Positions 12,181 through 24,279 are shown, counted from the first letter of the stretch. The stretch: 64,000 nucleotides of DNA from Basidiobolus meristosporus CBS 931.73 (GCA_002104905.1 MCFE01000196.1:1-64000); one strand, 5' to 3'. The notes: generated from the letters alone by a model not told the origin. Program-made: numbers and translations.

Positions 12181-13124
12181 ATGACTTGCAACAATTCCTC
12201 CTGTTTGAACAAGCTGGGTAGATCCAAGTCTCTTCCAGATGCATTCACCTCCACACCAAGTTTTGATTTAGTTGATTTACTTGCTCAGTACTCTACTCAA
12301 CCAGAGCTGCTAACGCTAATTCTGCACTCTAAGCTACAAGAAGATAAACGGAAAACTGAGGAGACGAAGCTTCGCTCCAGGCAAATTGATCTTATGAGAT
12401 GCGATCAGAACCATCAGCCTCTATGCATATACCCAGAGACAGGGATGAAGAGAACTAGAAGTGGACAATCACCGGATTGTTTCTCTGAAACAAGCACTTG
12501 TGACCGAATGGAAGCCAATCCATTCGTCTCGGTCGACTATACACGGGACTTGAGTTTCTCGGACTTTCCAGGCTATTTGGATTTCAGCAGCATCACAAAC
12601 GCTGATGACAGGTAACCCTCTCATTGTGAAAGATCAAGCTTGTCGAGTATGTATACTTATCACTCGTGGATCTTTACAGCAAACATGAAAGCAATTTTCC
12701 GATGTCCCATGTCGACACCAACTCTCTGTCTGTAGCTGGATTTTCGAGTTCCCTCACAAGCTCCCCGATCACCATCAATGCTCTCCCTCCCAATCCAACC
12801 TCTGATTCCACAAAGTCCCAATCCGAAGTCGTTATCGAGACTCCCGTCACAGCCAATCCTCAAATGAACCATTCCAGGTCCAATACGAAGAAGAGGATTC
12901 GCCGAGCCATGCTTCCGATTTCCTCCATGATTGAAACTAGGGAGTTTCCCTACAATGATAGCCATCACTGGCTGAATAATGGGACCACCATACCAAAGAA
13001 GTCCGGACTAAGGTCAGTTCATTCTAGTCCGCCTTTGGTACAAAGATCAAGGCAACTCATCCCAACTTCTTCATTAGGTCCACATATTATAAATGCACCA
13101 ACTGGTACAAGGGTTGCACGGTGA
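12181..13124 (+). CDS. Hypothetical protein, 2 exons join(12181..12611,12680..13124), ~291 aa, short coiled-coil motif then an S/P-rich tail
   Basis: The GTAACC...TTTACAG 68-nt intron joins the two ORF-track frames (DD-S-KHES). The motif DLLAQYSTQPELLTLILHSKLQEDKRKTEETKLR resembles one I recall in hypothetical proteins of early-diverging fungi. Confidence 0.8.
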
Positions 13125-14177
13125 ATAAAACGGTTTGCAACCAGGGCAATGGTCTGTACACCATAAAGTATCGGGGAGAGCATCTCTCTGGTTGCGGACG
13201 GCGTTAGGGCTAATGACTCGCTCTATGGATTCGTCTTAAGGCAAGCCTGGGCGACTATCGTCCAATTCACCAGCCAGAAATTCATCACATTCAATTCCGG
13301 ATTCTTGCCACCCACTAATCCATTCGATCATCATCCGCATCTTGGTTCTGGATTCATTAGATGCTATTTCCCCATCCAGTCAGGTGTGTAGCATTCAATA
13401 TTGGGGTTACGCATCCTACATGGTGTAAAGCCAGACATGTTAGTGTTCACTCGAGTTAAAGTCATACCTGCCCATTTCGTCAGCCAGTATATTGGCTCCA
13501 TATGGCATGTATATTTTACCATTCTGTAGCAAAAGATTAAATATTTGGTCCACTTACGACCCAGTATGAGCGAATCATGATTTATAACCCTTCCTTGAGA
13601 TTAGCGAACCACCACTCCAGTTCTAAGCCATCAATATACTTTTATATATTTCGGCAATTTATCGAAATATTCATCAAATGAAGCCCGAAGCGAAAACCAA
13701 CCAAGGTTCCTCGGGGGTAAAGGCTTCTCACATCATAATGTACCAGTGATGAGCATACCACCCACATCCAATAGATCTTGTTCTAGACGCATAAGTGGTG
13801 ATTTGGTGATATGCCAGCCACTTTCTGGATCTTAGGGTAGCTCGGCTCTAACTTTAATTTCTGATGCGGCTAGTAGAAATGTGCAGCTCTGGTTCTAACC
13901 ACAAAGCTAATCTCAATACGACTCGTGCGATTGACTTATAAACGGACTACACTAGGCTTTCCGGATTTCAATTACACTTCTCAATCAATTCATTTCCACA
14001 ATAACCATGTGAGATTGCGCTGTCTACCTTATTTATGATGCAAATGTAACGTTGAACTTGGCGATAAAAGTGATGTGGAATTTATATTCTAACTTTATTT
14101 CAGCTATGCCATGAAACAATAATGTGGTGATTAATCAGGAATATAATACAAATAAACTATGCGTACCAAATGCTACT

Positions 14178-15620
14178 CTACTGCTGGTCCACTTCAGCTG
14201 TGCGGTGACCGGTGATCTCCTCAATACTACGGCCCTTGGTCTCGGGCAAGAAGAAGAGAACGCCGATGAACCCGGCAATACAGCAGCAAACAAAGATCAA
14301 GAACACGTATCCGTGCATTGCGTCCTTCAGCGAGGGGAAGAAGAAGCCAACAATGAAGTTGCCCAGCCAGTTGAGTCCGAGTGCGCTGGAGGCCACCGTC
14401 GACACAGCTCTGGTGGGAATGAGCTCGGAGATGATCAGGAATGGAATGGGGCCCATGCCAAGTGCAAATGACACAACGAACGCAAACAATCCGAGAATCA
14501 CAAGCCCCGAGTCATTGCACTCGATCCCGATGATCATTAGCACGTTGAACGCCGCCATTCCCGCCAGACTGAGGAGCACAAGGAACTTTCGTCCAACACG
14601 ATCGATCAGGAGAATGGTGACAATCGTGGCTAGCAGGTTGATGGCCCCCACCCCGACCGTGAGATACTGAGCAGTCTTGTTGCCGTAGATGGATGTGAAG
14701 ATCGAGGTGGAGTAGTACATGATCCCGTTGATGCCACAGAGTTGCTGGATGACACACAGGAACATGCACATGAAGGCGTGCTTGCGGGTCAACGAATCCC
14801 GCATGATGAACTTGAATCCATCCATGATTGATGTCTGCTCCCCGCTGACCTTGGCTTCGGCTCTGGCATCCACCATCGTCTGGAGCTCCTTGGTGATGTC
14901 CATTCCCTTGCGAAGCTTCAGCAGTGACTTCTCAGCATCGTCGACACGGTCCTTGGATATGTAGTAGCGTGGTGTCTCAGTGATGAATGAGAGCGTGACC
15001 AGCTGCAGGATTGCGACAGCTCCGGTCAGTGCCATACAGATACGCCATCCAGCTCTGCTAGAGAGCCCTAGCCCAGCTGCCTGGGTAACCAACTGACCAA
15101 TGACACAGGTAAGTTGGGTCATGGCTCCGTAAGCACCACGAACCCTGGTGGTAGAGACCTCGCCGATGTATGTGGGAAGAACCACTGTTCCGAACCCTGA
15201 CCCAACACCGGTGAAGAAACGGCCCACAATCCACATCCCCTTGTTCTTCGAGAGACCAAGGAGCAAGGCGCCAAGGATAAAGAAAATGTTGTTGAACAGA
15301 AGCGAGTTGCGACGCCCAAACCTGGCCTGCGACCAACCGGCTGACAGTCCGCCTATGGCTCCACCGATGGAGAAACTGCTCACCGCGAAGCCCCACAGCC
15401 AGTTGCCCATTGGGAAGCAGCTGGGGAATCCGTCGACCTTTTCATCGGGATTGGCACAGTCGATAATCGAGGATTGGATGATGTTGGTGTCGGAGGTATT
15501 CCAGCCATTGTTGAAGGAGACAAGACAAGCGATCGAGACGCACATGACAGTGTAGAAGGAGAACCCGGCTTCAGACGAGTCGTTTGAGGATTTCGCCTCT
15601 TTGGTAGAACGGCCAAACAT
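14178..15620 (-). CDS. MFS sugar porter copy 3, 480 aa, intronless
   Basis: Same protein as copy 1 except V9A. True start taken as MFGRS at 15620, with TATATAAA on the minus strand near 15676-15683. Confidence 0.96.
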   Translation of the reverse strand: MFGRSTKEAKSSNDSSEAGFSFYTVMCVSIACLVSFNNGWNTSDTNIIQSSIIDCANPDEKVDGFPSCFPMGNWLWGFAVSSFSIGGAIGGLSAGWSQARFGRRNSLLFNNIFFILGALLLGLSKNKGMWIVGRFFTGVGSGFGTVVLPTYIGEVSTTRVRGAYGAMTQLTCVIGQLVTQAAGLGLSSRAGWRICMALTGAVAILQLVTLSFITETPRYYISKDRVDDAEKSLLKLRKGMDITKELQTMVDARAEAKVSGEQTSIMDGFKFIMRDSLTRKHAFMCMFLCVIQQLCGINGIMYYSTSIFTSIYGNKTAQYLTVGVGAINLLATIVTILLIDRVGRKFLVLLSLAGMAAFNVLMIIGIECNDSGLVILGLFAFVVSFALGMGPIPFLIISELIPTRAVSTVASSALGLNWLGNFIVGFFFPSLKDAMHGYVFLIFVCCCIAGFIGVLFFLPETKGRSIEEITGHRTAEVDQQ

Positions 15621-16945
15621 TGTAAAAGTGTAGTGAATTTTTAAGATGATGATAAGGCTGGCTACGGCGGGGATATTTATATAGTGGGTTCGCAGCGGAT
15701 TCCAACGTTCTAGGAAATCCAATTTCCCATTTTTGGCTGGGTCATTTGGAGGTCCATCTGGAAATAGCCTTATATGGCCCATCGACTTCCTGTAATGGAT
15801 CCGCCCGAAATTTTCTTCCTAATTGATTCGAAGCGGTCTGCAGCATGAAAATAACCTGACGCATCCACTCGTGACCAACTTGAAGTCAGAAATTACCTAC
15901 GAAGTTGATAGGAGCACCCCGGATTTACTGAATCGTCTTTTTTTCCTAGCCTACTAGCAGTGTATCTCTCCATAGGTCGTGTGATCGACTGTGTAGAGTG
16001 AGTTGGAAACTGCTTCGAACAGAGTTGTTGAGAAAAATCTTCTGGAACTAGGGATATGGATATTGATTGGCCTAACCATATTGATCCCTTACCATCCCAA
16101 GCAGGTCCCAAATTTAGGCTGGCGGGATATTAGCGGGACTACCCCGACGATCTAGCTCCATGGAAATTCCCAAACATGGATGGGGATAATTTAAGTAACC
16201 CACCAATCCCTATTGGATGATCGTCTAAATTGGGGGGGGGAATCTCCTGGACGCGTTTGCGCCTCTCGGTGATCGGACTCAAGCGCAACCCCGATTCTAG
16301 ATCCTACTATAAATCAGGTGCAAACCTGGTGTGCGATGGAGATGACCCAAAGGCCGGTGGGTTTCACGTACTCATTGCATCATCAAGATCCACAAAGGTG
16401 CTCCTACTGATCTTTGGAGACCTACCTTCTGGAATCTCCATTGGCCGGGTCGGGTCGGTTCGTATGCTACCTATCGCTGCGCCCCTTCGCCACCATGATC
16501 GTTGGGACGAATTGGCACACCGCTGCCCATCCCCAGGAAATACTCTTGATCGGTGGATGACCTCTTGTACGAGGTCACGGTGGTTGACGTCACCCATCAA
16601 GGTCGAAAAGAATCCCTCTCCTTAGCAGCGGTGGGTCAGGTGATGGTGAATTTTCGGAACGTTGCACAGCCAATATGTCTTTGTAACCCGATTTCCAGGC
16701 CAGTCCCACCCAGCTCTCAAAGCCAAACCACGCAAGGTGGATTTTGGGCAGTTTCCCGGGGCCGAATGTTCCCGACAAGAGGATCTTACTGTACCGACCC
16801 ACCGGCTCTGGAGGTTTGGATGGAATCTATCCGGGATCCTTTGCTAGGAGATACGTTTTGAGTTCACCTTCGAACTAAAAGGCTCGCTAGAGAACGGTGA
16901 TTGACATTTCTTCGACTATGCTCTTAGCAGAAAATATTTTCCAAA

Positions 16946-16974
16946 AGCCCCAAGCCCTAGCCCTAGCCCTAGCC
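16946..16974. repeat. Short (AGCCCT)n hexamer microsatellite
   Basis: AAGCCCCAAGCCCTAGCCCTAGCCCTAGCC. Confidence 0.8.
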
Positions 16975-18611
16975 GAGATCTTCCATGGTTCGAGCATGCA
17001 TTAAACTCTATGGAGATCCGTGCTGATGAAGTTCACGACTCTTCCGCCCAATAGTACAGTTGCGCAGCATTTGTCGCCCTCCAAACCCAACACCAACTCA
17101 TGATCTCCGCTTAAACCCAAGCCGATTCCCACTAGCTGGTGGACGATAGGGTTATGGTGGGGAGCCGAACGCTTCTGAATCTTGGGCACCTCTATCTGGA
17201 GCCTTCATGCTGGCGGCGGGCATGTGAAGATCCCAAGAATCATCTTTGATGGCCCCGTACTCTTACAGCCCAAGCACCGCATCACCGCAGTCTCGTCAGA
17301 TCATGGCCGGATATTCCATGTGCGGACAGTCAACTTGATCCGACCCATCGACTCTCCTGAAACCCGGGCTGGGGGCCGGATTGGAGCATACCACATAAGG
17401 TCGGCGTGTTGCCCTTCAGCAGTCCTACTGAAACGTGAAACGTGTAAACGTCGCTTCCACACACCGCACCAACTCACCATCTCGACTTGGTTGGCTAACC
17501 ATTCGACGCCAACAGATCGGCAGTCAAAGGAAAGTGATCGTTGGGCGCTCGGTGAGAACATCTCCACGTGCCAGGAAGAACCGAGAAGAAGGATACGCTT
17601 AATCCCGGTGCATCGCAGCCTACGATCTGGAAGTGGGCCCAAACATTCGGGAAACTGGGCCACGGGCACTGCGTGCGATCTCGGGTCGTCACCGTGGAGC
17701 ATGTTTCAGGTGTCCGTGGGAACCTTGTCGGGATTCGGGGTATTTAAAAAAGAGCGTGGTCTTCCCACATTGATATACCGAGAGGAATTCGATGGGGTCA
17801 CATTTCCCAGGGGGCTTGGTGGCCAGGGTGCTGAGAATGCCTCGGGTAAGGTCCCAGGAGGTGGTGCGCAAATACTGGGTCTTTTGGGCACCTTGGAATC
17901 ATTTGGGAACTTCCGGTATTCCCACCATTTCAATGGATTCTCGGTTGATACCGTACGAAATTTATTTCGACTCGCTACACAACAACCTTATAAAAAAGAG
18001 GCTTCAGTCTCCAAATCTATGTTTCATCAAGGGTCAACCAATTACTTGGATCTGGATGACCCTTCTTACCCCAGTATACTGAGAAGCATAGAGTCGCGGG
18101 CAGCCCATACCCACCAAGAAAGGTAACCCAGCGAGTACCGGTGTTTGGCCTATTTTTGCTCCGAGGAGTTATATCTGGGGCTGTCATGGCCCAAAAGTGA
18201 CACCCGGAGTGTGGTGCTATTCCGTGAACAATATTGCGATTGGCCTTTCTAGGATGTTCCCAATCAGGAATCTCAATGATGGACTAAATTAGCATTCTGG
18301 TATGGCCTTCAGATGAAATTCCACCCTAGACACTCTGCCTCTTGCACTGAAAAGCTAAAAGTGCTATTGAGGTTGGATTGTAGTTGCTTTCATTTGATCT
18401 CATCTAAGGGAATATCTATCAAGAAACATCACCACAATATACTACCTGAAACTGCCAAGGCCTGAGCACATTTTGACCACACTCTAGCCATAAAAATCTA
18501 TGCCACTTCTTGAAGGTGTTGCAAAAACTATGCTGGTCTAGCAATCCCTATGATACAAATGTGGTCCCACAGGCAGGTTCAATCTAAATAAGACCATGAG
18601 GGTCTTTTCAA

Positions 18612-21600
18612 TGTTGTAAGAGTCCTGGAGATATTAGAAGTGATTGGGAGGACAAGTAGATAATGTGGTTTTCACTTAATGATTTATTGAATGTAAAAGT
18701 AGTATTTAGACTTTTACATGGGCTCCACATAACAAGCACGTAGAATAGGTTTAGAAGATCCTAAGAACATGCGTGCAAAGTTTGGGGCTGTTTGGACAAC
18801 TTATCTGATTTTCATGTTCTGGGTAAATATTCTAAGTAAATCCCAACAAGAAATTTGGCCAGTATTCTCTAGGATTTGAAAGGAATGATCTAAGTGACTA
18901 AGTTAGGTGAATATCTAGGTAGAATTACAAATTTTTACAATATTCAAGACTCTATCAGAATACTTGCAGCTTTACACATGGCCATTTTGACAATATCTTG
19001 ATGGGATCCCAACAGCTTAGCTAATTATAGTTAATGTCTGATGATGCTTTAACTTCCTTTGGCCAGGCTTTCAGTGACTTAAAACCAGCTATATAGTGGT
19101 CAGCAGTCTATTACTCTCCCTATGAAAGAAAATGGTGTAAAGTCAGGCAGAATACAGTCACAATATCTGCTGAACTCCAAGTTTCCCAACTCCAACAACT
19201 TGCCATATCTCAGGTTTTAGCTGTTGAGAAGACAGGTGGGCATTTTTTACAGGAGTGAACTGGGCCAGCCAGAATTCATACCAAATTTGGTAATCAGCTG
19301 CCCATTACTTCTACCAAAAATTGCAACTGAATATTTCAAGGAAAAACACCAGCAATATACCAGCTGAAAAACAGACGGATCCATTGCTCCAGTAAGGCAA
19401 ATTAGTACTAATTGCAGTCCTGCACTGGGAAACAGAGTTTGGCCCCACATTTGATTTTCCTTCAGGGCCTGATACTCCTCAGTCAAAGTAGATCTCTAAA
19501 ACTTTGTCTGAGAGCTAATTACGGCCTTTTACAGTCTGTGGCTCATCAACATGAACTGAATAGGTTTAGGCTAAGTTTGTACCCTCATTAATATAGTGAT
19601 TTAGGCTATTTCAGGTCCAGTTGAATCTCCTGGCTTGCAATACTGGAATGTTCACTTCTAGGATATTCTTAGGCGCTATTCAGGCTGAACCATAGTTGTA
19701 GAGTCCTCTGGAGTGAAGAAACATTGATTGTTTTGCTTGGATTCAACTCCAACCAATAATTGACTGTAGATCAGGAATGTCATCATTTGATAACATTATC
19801 TGAAATATCTTGAATATTCATCAAGAAATACATACCTGGACCTGAATGACTTCTTATCTTTGGTATTGTAGAGACTAGACTTGTTCCGTTGGATAGTGCC
19901 ACATTGAGCCATGAGTGCCAAATGATGCCATAGTGTGCCAGAGAGGTCAAGTGAGCCTATACTTGGCCACAGAGTGTGAAACATAGCTCTGCATCTTCAT
20001 GTAAAGCAGCCCCTGTGTTTCACCCATTGCACAGGAGAAAATCCATTTTTTGACCTTTTTTTGTGGATCAATGTAGCTCAGGATGTGTAAGAGCACAGGA
20101 GAACTGAAGATATGCATCTGGTACTCAATACCTATGGCACTCTGAATCTAGCTCCTGTAGCTTGTATCATGTCACAAAAATGAATGGCACTATCTTGGTA
20201 CACTGGTACTATCTGGCACTATATTTAAATATTAGCCCTAAAGTAAGATCCATACAAAGCACTTATAGTGCCAGATAGTACCAGTGTACCAAGATAGTGC
20301 CATTCATTTTTGTGACATGATACAAGCTACAGGAGCTAGATTCAGAGTGCCATGGGTATTGAGTACCAGATGCATATTTTCAATCTGCTTGCACTCTAAT
20401 ACATCCTGCACAACATTGATCCAAAAAAAAAGATCAAAAAATGGATTTTCACCAACACAATGAGTGAAACACAGGGGCTGCTTTGCAAGAAGATGCGGAG
20501 CTATGTTTCACACTCTGTGGCCAGGTAGAGGCTCAATTGGCCTCTCTGGCACACTATGGCATCATTTGGCACTCATGGCTCAATGTGGCACTATCCAATG
20601 GAACAAGTCTACTGTATGCCTTACTCTTGCTGCAGTAGCTCAATAATAATCATTTTACACTTTTTGACTTAAAACTGACCAATTTCCAGGCAGTTTTTTA
20701 GCATATGCTGTGCACCCAAATATTGTGAGAAGTTATGCACCTTTTCTTTATCTATGCCATGCTTCAAATGAAGTAGAATCACAAAGTTTTCTGTTAGAAC
20801 TTCAATTCTTAGGGTACATAATTGAGACAACTGATTCTGCCAAAAATTTGCAGTAAAATTTTGATCATGGATCATAGGTCTTGCCGTAATGCTTATTGAT
20901 CTGTTTCCCCCTTCTACCACTCCATATGACTACAGGAAGTATGGTACAGCAGTCTCTTGGCTTATCCCATGAATTTTGCATAAGTGAATGAAGAGTTTTG
21001 TGGTTTATATTCTACCATTGTTGGAGCATATTTTCTTTAGTTATTCACTAGTTTCTCTCACCATTATGACTTTGAACTCCCTCTGCTTAAACACAGTTTC
21101 TGCCTTTCTTTCTATGAAGTAGACCCATGTTTATCTTGTATAATTGTCAGTGAAAGTAATTGACTGCATGATCCTGCCCGTGGGTAAACTTTGCATAGAT
21201 CCACACAAATCTGATTGATTTAAATCCTGCTGGTACTGTAAGGCTACTTCCCAGCATCTTTAGGAGGGCATCCTTCTCCCATGACAATATCCCAAAGGCC
21301 TCTTTCCTGTATCAGCATCTTCAGCTTCACCTTCCAGACTTGGTAACTAGATCCATCCTACTTTTTGCATAGGGAATAATCCCAGTAGTAGCCATGGCAA
21401 GCATTGCAGAGAGTGACAGCTTAGGGCTCATAATCTGTAGTTAGAGTTTTGGACATAATAGAAGTGAAATGGAGAACAAGTATTGTATGTTGTTTTCACT
21501 TGAAGCTTTGTTGAATGTAAAGTGGTGTTTATTATTTAACATAATTGTGGAATACTAAGCAAGCTGATTAGATCTAGGGAGCTCCCAAGAGCATTTGTAC

Positions 21601-21783
21601 AATGCTTGGGGCTGTTTGGACAACATTTAGATTTTTCATGCTCTGGGTACCTGATCTTTTGGTGAAGATATTTCAGTTAAATCCCAGCAGGAAATTTGGT
21701 TGAAGTACCATAATATTTGTAGATAATAATATAAGTGATTAAGTTAGGCAAGTATAGAGGTGGATTTACAAACTTTTGCAACA
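18612..21783 (-). mobile_element. Decayed, internally deleted Ty1/copia LTR retrotransposon
   Basis: LTRs at 21436-21783 and 18612-18942. PBS GATTATGAGCCC (copia-type). Remnants of gag start, integrase (SDLCGSMQ..TFTDNYTR.TWVYFIERK), SH3-like YCSKSKAYSLY..SRYVFLDE, and RT start MTEEYQALKENQMW. Confidence 0.85.
19877..20610. mobile_element. Foldback MITE, 734 bp, ~345 bp inverted arms, 3-bp TSD ACT
   Basis: Arms 19877-20223 and 20264-20610 are reverse complements, ends AGACTTGTTCC...GGAACAAGTCT, flanked by ACT on both sides. Removing it restores the copia frame AYSLY. Confidence 0.92.
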
Positions 21784-22044
21784 TTCTGTGGACTTTTCTT
21801 AATTTTTTTTAGGGGTAGGTGTGTCAACAATGCTTACAGAGTGTTATGTTGGAGTTTCCTTAGGCATATTTGTCTTTGGCTATACTAGTAGCATTTTATT
21901 GAAATATGTCAAAGCAACAAATGAATGGAGGTATGCTCATAGTGCCAGAAGGAGCTGAAAGCTACAACAGGTACTAGTGGGTTAATATTTGATTAGTATT
22001 ATAAGCGTAAAGGTCTGGTTATTAGTTTGCAAGATGATGGCTAT

Positions 22045-22391
22045 GTCTGCAGTGGTAAGTTTTGTATGTACACCAAAATATTCAATTGAATTGTTCACTT
22101 AGATCATAGCCCACAGATTTAAAGTTTTTTGCTCAGATTCCTTATGGTGATATACTTGATATATCCATCCAAAGTATCTGAAACTTGAGACATAGGCAAG
22201 CTTCAAGTTGTCCAAAGTCCCTGAAACTTTGCACACATGGTCTTCAGGCCTTCCTAAGCAAATTCTGTAATTTGTTTGCCAAGGCCATTTAAGAGTATAA
22301 TTACCACTTTTACATGCTATAAATCCGTAGGTGAAAACCATAAAATCTACTAGCTCACTCAATCACTGCAAATACCTCCAAGCTCTTACCA
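22045..22391 (+). mobile_element. Diverged solo LTR of the same copia family
   Basis: Similar to 44393-44740 (AAGTTGTCCAAA..CC.AAACTTTGCACACATGGTCTT; GTGAAAACCA). Confidence 0.7.
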
Positions 22392-23193
22392 TATATCCCC
22401 AAGGCCGTTTCAGTACCTTGTGACTCTTCCGAGTATAAAAGCACTGCCAATTTTTTATTTGAGAAAGCAGAAAAATACTTCAAATACTGGCTGAGATAGA
22501 AAATTGAGTTCAGTGATTTGAAACAGACAAGAATCATGAAGTAATTTTTGCAGCTGCAAATACTACTGATTATGACTCTGGAACTTGAGAGATCCTTAAC
22601 CATAATATCGATGATCCTATATGCACATTCCCAACAATACCACACAGCAAAAATTGTGGTTGATTCCTTACAGTTCAATCCAAACTGTAGCGGTACCACG
22701 CCTGGTTTGCCCCTTATTGGAGACGAAAAATCTCCGGTCTGTGCGACCACTGGGATTTGCAGGAGTCAGTGGAGATCTGGGCGCGGAGGACTCCAATTGC
22801 TCTCCGCCCGTGGTTGGTCGATTGACTAAGCACCACTTTCGGGTGATTGAATGTAGCACATTATGCCAGAATCATACGAGCTTCATAGCGTGGCAAGTAG
22901 ATTTGGTAAACGAGGTTTAAGTCAGTAGAGTGACACCGCGGAATAGTTCTATCAATTGGACGCTATGAGAGATTCTCCATTATGTGTGCACAATGAGCGC
23001 ATATCAGATGGATACAATCAACAATGAATCCCTTCACATTCATGTCACACAATGTCGGCCATCTGAAGATAGGAAGAAACTTCTGCCAGCGTCTTGATTG
23101 TTGGATGCGCTTACCATGATGATGGGTAAAACCTACTTGTTGGAGTTCTGCGTTATATATTTTACTGAGCAGGACAAGTGTTGTTTGCTTGGC

Positions 23194-23631
23194 ATGAAAT
23201 TTCTTTCAGTTGCCATATCAGTTGCGCTGGTTACTCAGATAATTGGTGCACCCATGGACGAATGCTACGGGTGGTCAGGGGTCTCAGTCGAGCCTGCTAC
23301 CGACCAAAAAGCAACTTTCTCATCAAATGATCTGGTTGTCCTCAAATGGACCGCTTCAGGCTCAGGAATCACCAACATCCGCGAGGTAGATCTGTTCAGC
23401 GCCAAGGATCACCAGTTCTTGCATACCCAGTACCGCAGTTATCCTGGCATTAGTGCAGCTGAGGGACAACTTTCATTCATCCTCACTGTGCCTCTCTGCT
23501 TGCAACGGGACGGTAGATACTATCTTGAGGTGTATTCCAGCACCGCCGGGCAAGACATGAACTGTCACGCACAAACCCAGGTCTTCGAGTTGACCCCGGA
23601 CCCGAACGGAAACTTCACTGGGTGTCCTTAG
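23194..23631 (+). CDS. Small secreted protein, 145 aa, 4 Cys, predicted beta-sandwich (loosely Kre9/Knh1-N-like)
   Basis: Signal peptide MKFLSVAISVALVTQIIG, TATATAT about 40 nt upstream, coding-like codon use, alternating beta-strand pattern. Confidence 0.85.
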   Translation: MKFLSVAISVALVTQIIGAPMDECYGWSGVSVEPATDQKATFSSNDLVVLKWTASGSGITNIREVDLFSAKDHQFLHTQYRSYPGISAAEGQLSFILTVPLCLQRDGRYYLEVYSSTAGQDMNCHAQTQVFELTPDPNGNFTGCP

Positions 23632-24279
23632 CCCAGAGAATCGTGTTCAGCTTCATCTTCAATAAACTCATTATATGGTAGAAATGGCGCGTCAGTTGGG
23701 TAGCTACTCATGCACAAAATTCGCTGTATAACCCTTGTTTATTACAATTAAGCATCACTTACATCGTGATGGAGTGCATCTATTCCAGACCGGTGCGCTG
23801 AACCAGATGGCGTACATTATCCGGTTAGGGATAACAGCAATTGGCAGGCACGGAAACAGGAAAGTGATACAGCATTCGATCTCAGGAAGGCATTCAGCAA
23901 CCCTCTTTCGGCCGGAGTGAATAACCGATTGGAAAGTCCTTCTAAGGCCTTGGGTGTGTCACTTCAAATGGAGCGCTCAGCTGGGCACGAATGTGGCCGG
24001 CTGCTGGTGATCGTTTAATCAGAGTTGTTCAACAACGGAGTGATTGCGAGAGAATAAGGAAAAAATTCAAATGAATATGACACCTCAGCCAATCACCACA
24101 AGACCCGATTGCCGTTTATGTTCGTTCACTTCATTTCAAAATCCCGGGTGTCTTGACACAAGCGAAATTAAGTGGGAAAATCTTCACGCAATGCCCACTT
24201 CGAAGAGCGATCTTCTTTTCGAAGCGGCGTGCGACCTTGGGCGTTCTCTCTGACGTCAACTCAGGCACCATGCTGGCTG

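Noticed and set aside
13380-13590. Minus-strand ILADEMG motif (SNF2-like) with apparent splice sites
   Set aside because: No GKT or other helicase motifs follow, and there is a stop in both duplicate copies; probably chance or an unidentifiable relic.
15621-15782. 54-aa N-terminal extension of transporter copy 3 (likewise extensions on RGS copies 1 and 6)
   Set aside because: Begins at a non-ATG or unshared codon, contains the TATA-like element, and is absent from paralogs.
16590-16620. GILFDLDG, a HAD-hydrolase motif I look-alike
   Set aside because: Immediately followed by a stop, and no motifs II-IV were found.
16946-16974. (AGCCCT)n as an interstitial telomere
   Set aside because: Fewer than four perfect units, it differs from TAACCC, and the organism's telomere repeat is unknown.
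17301-17340. KLTVRTWNIR resembling a LINE endonuclease N-terminus
   Set aside because: No downstream QE/GDFN motifs or RT.
19877-20610. Repeats as a CRISPR or attC-like array
   Set aside because: The repeats are subterminal motifs of an inverted-repeat element with a TSD; there are no unique spacers and no cas or integrase genes.
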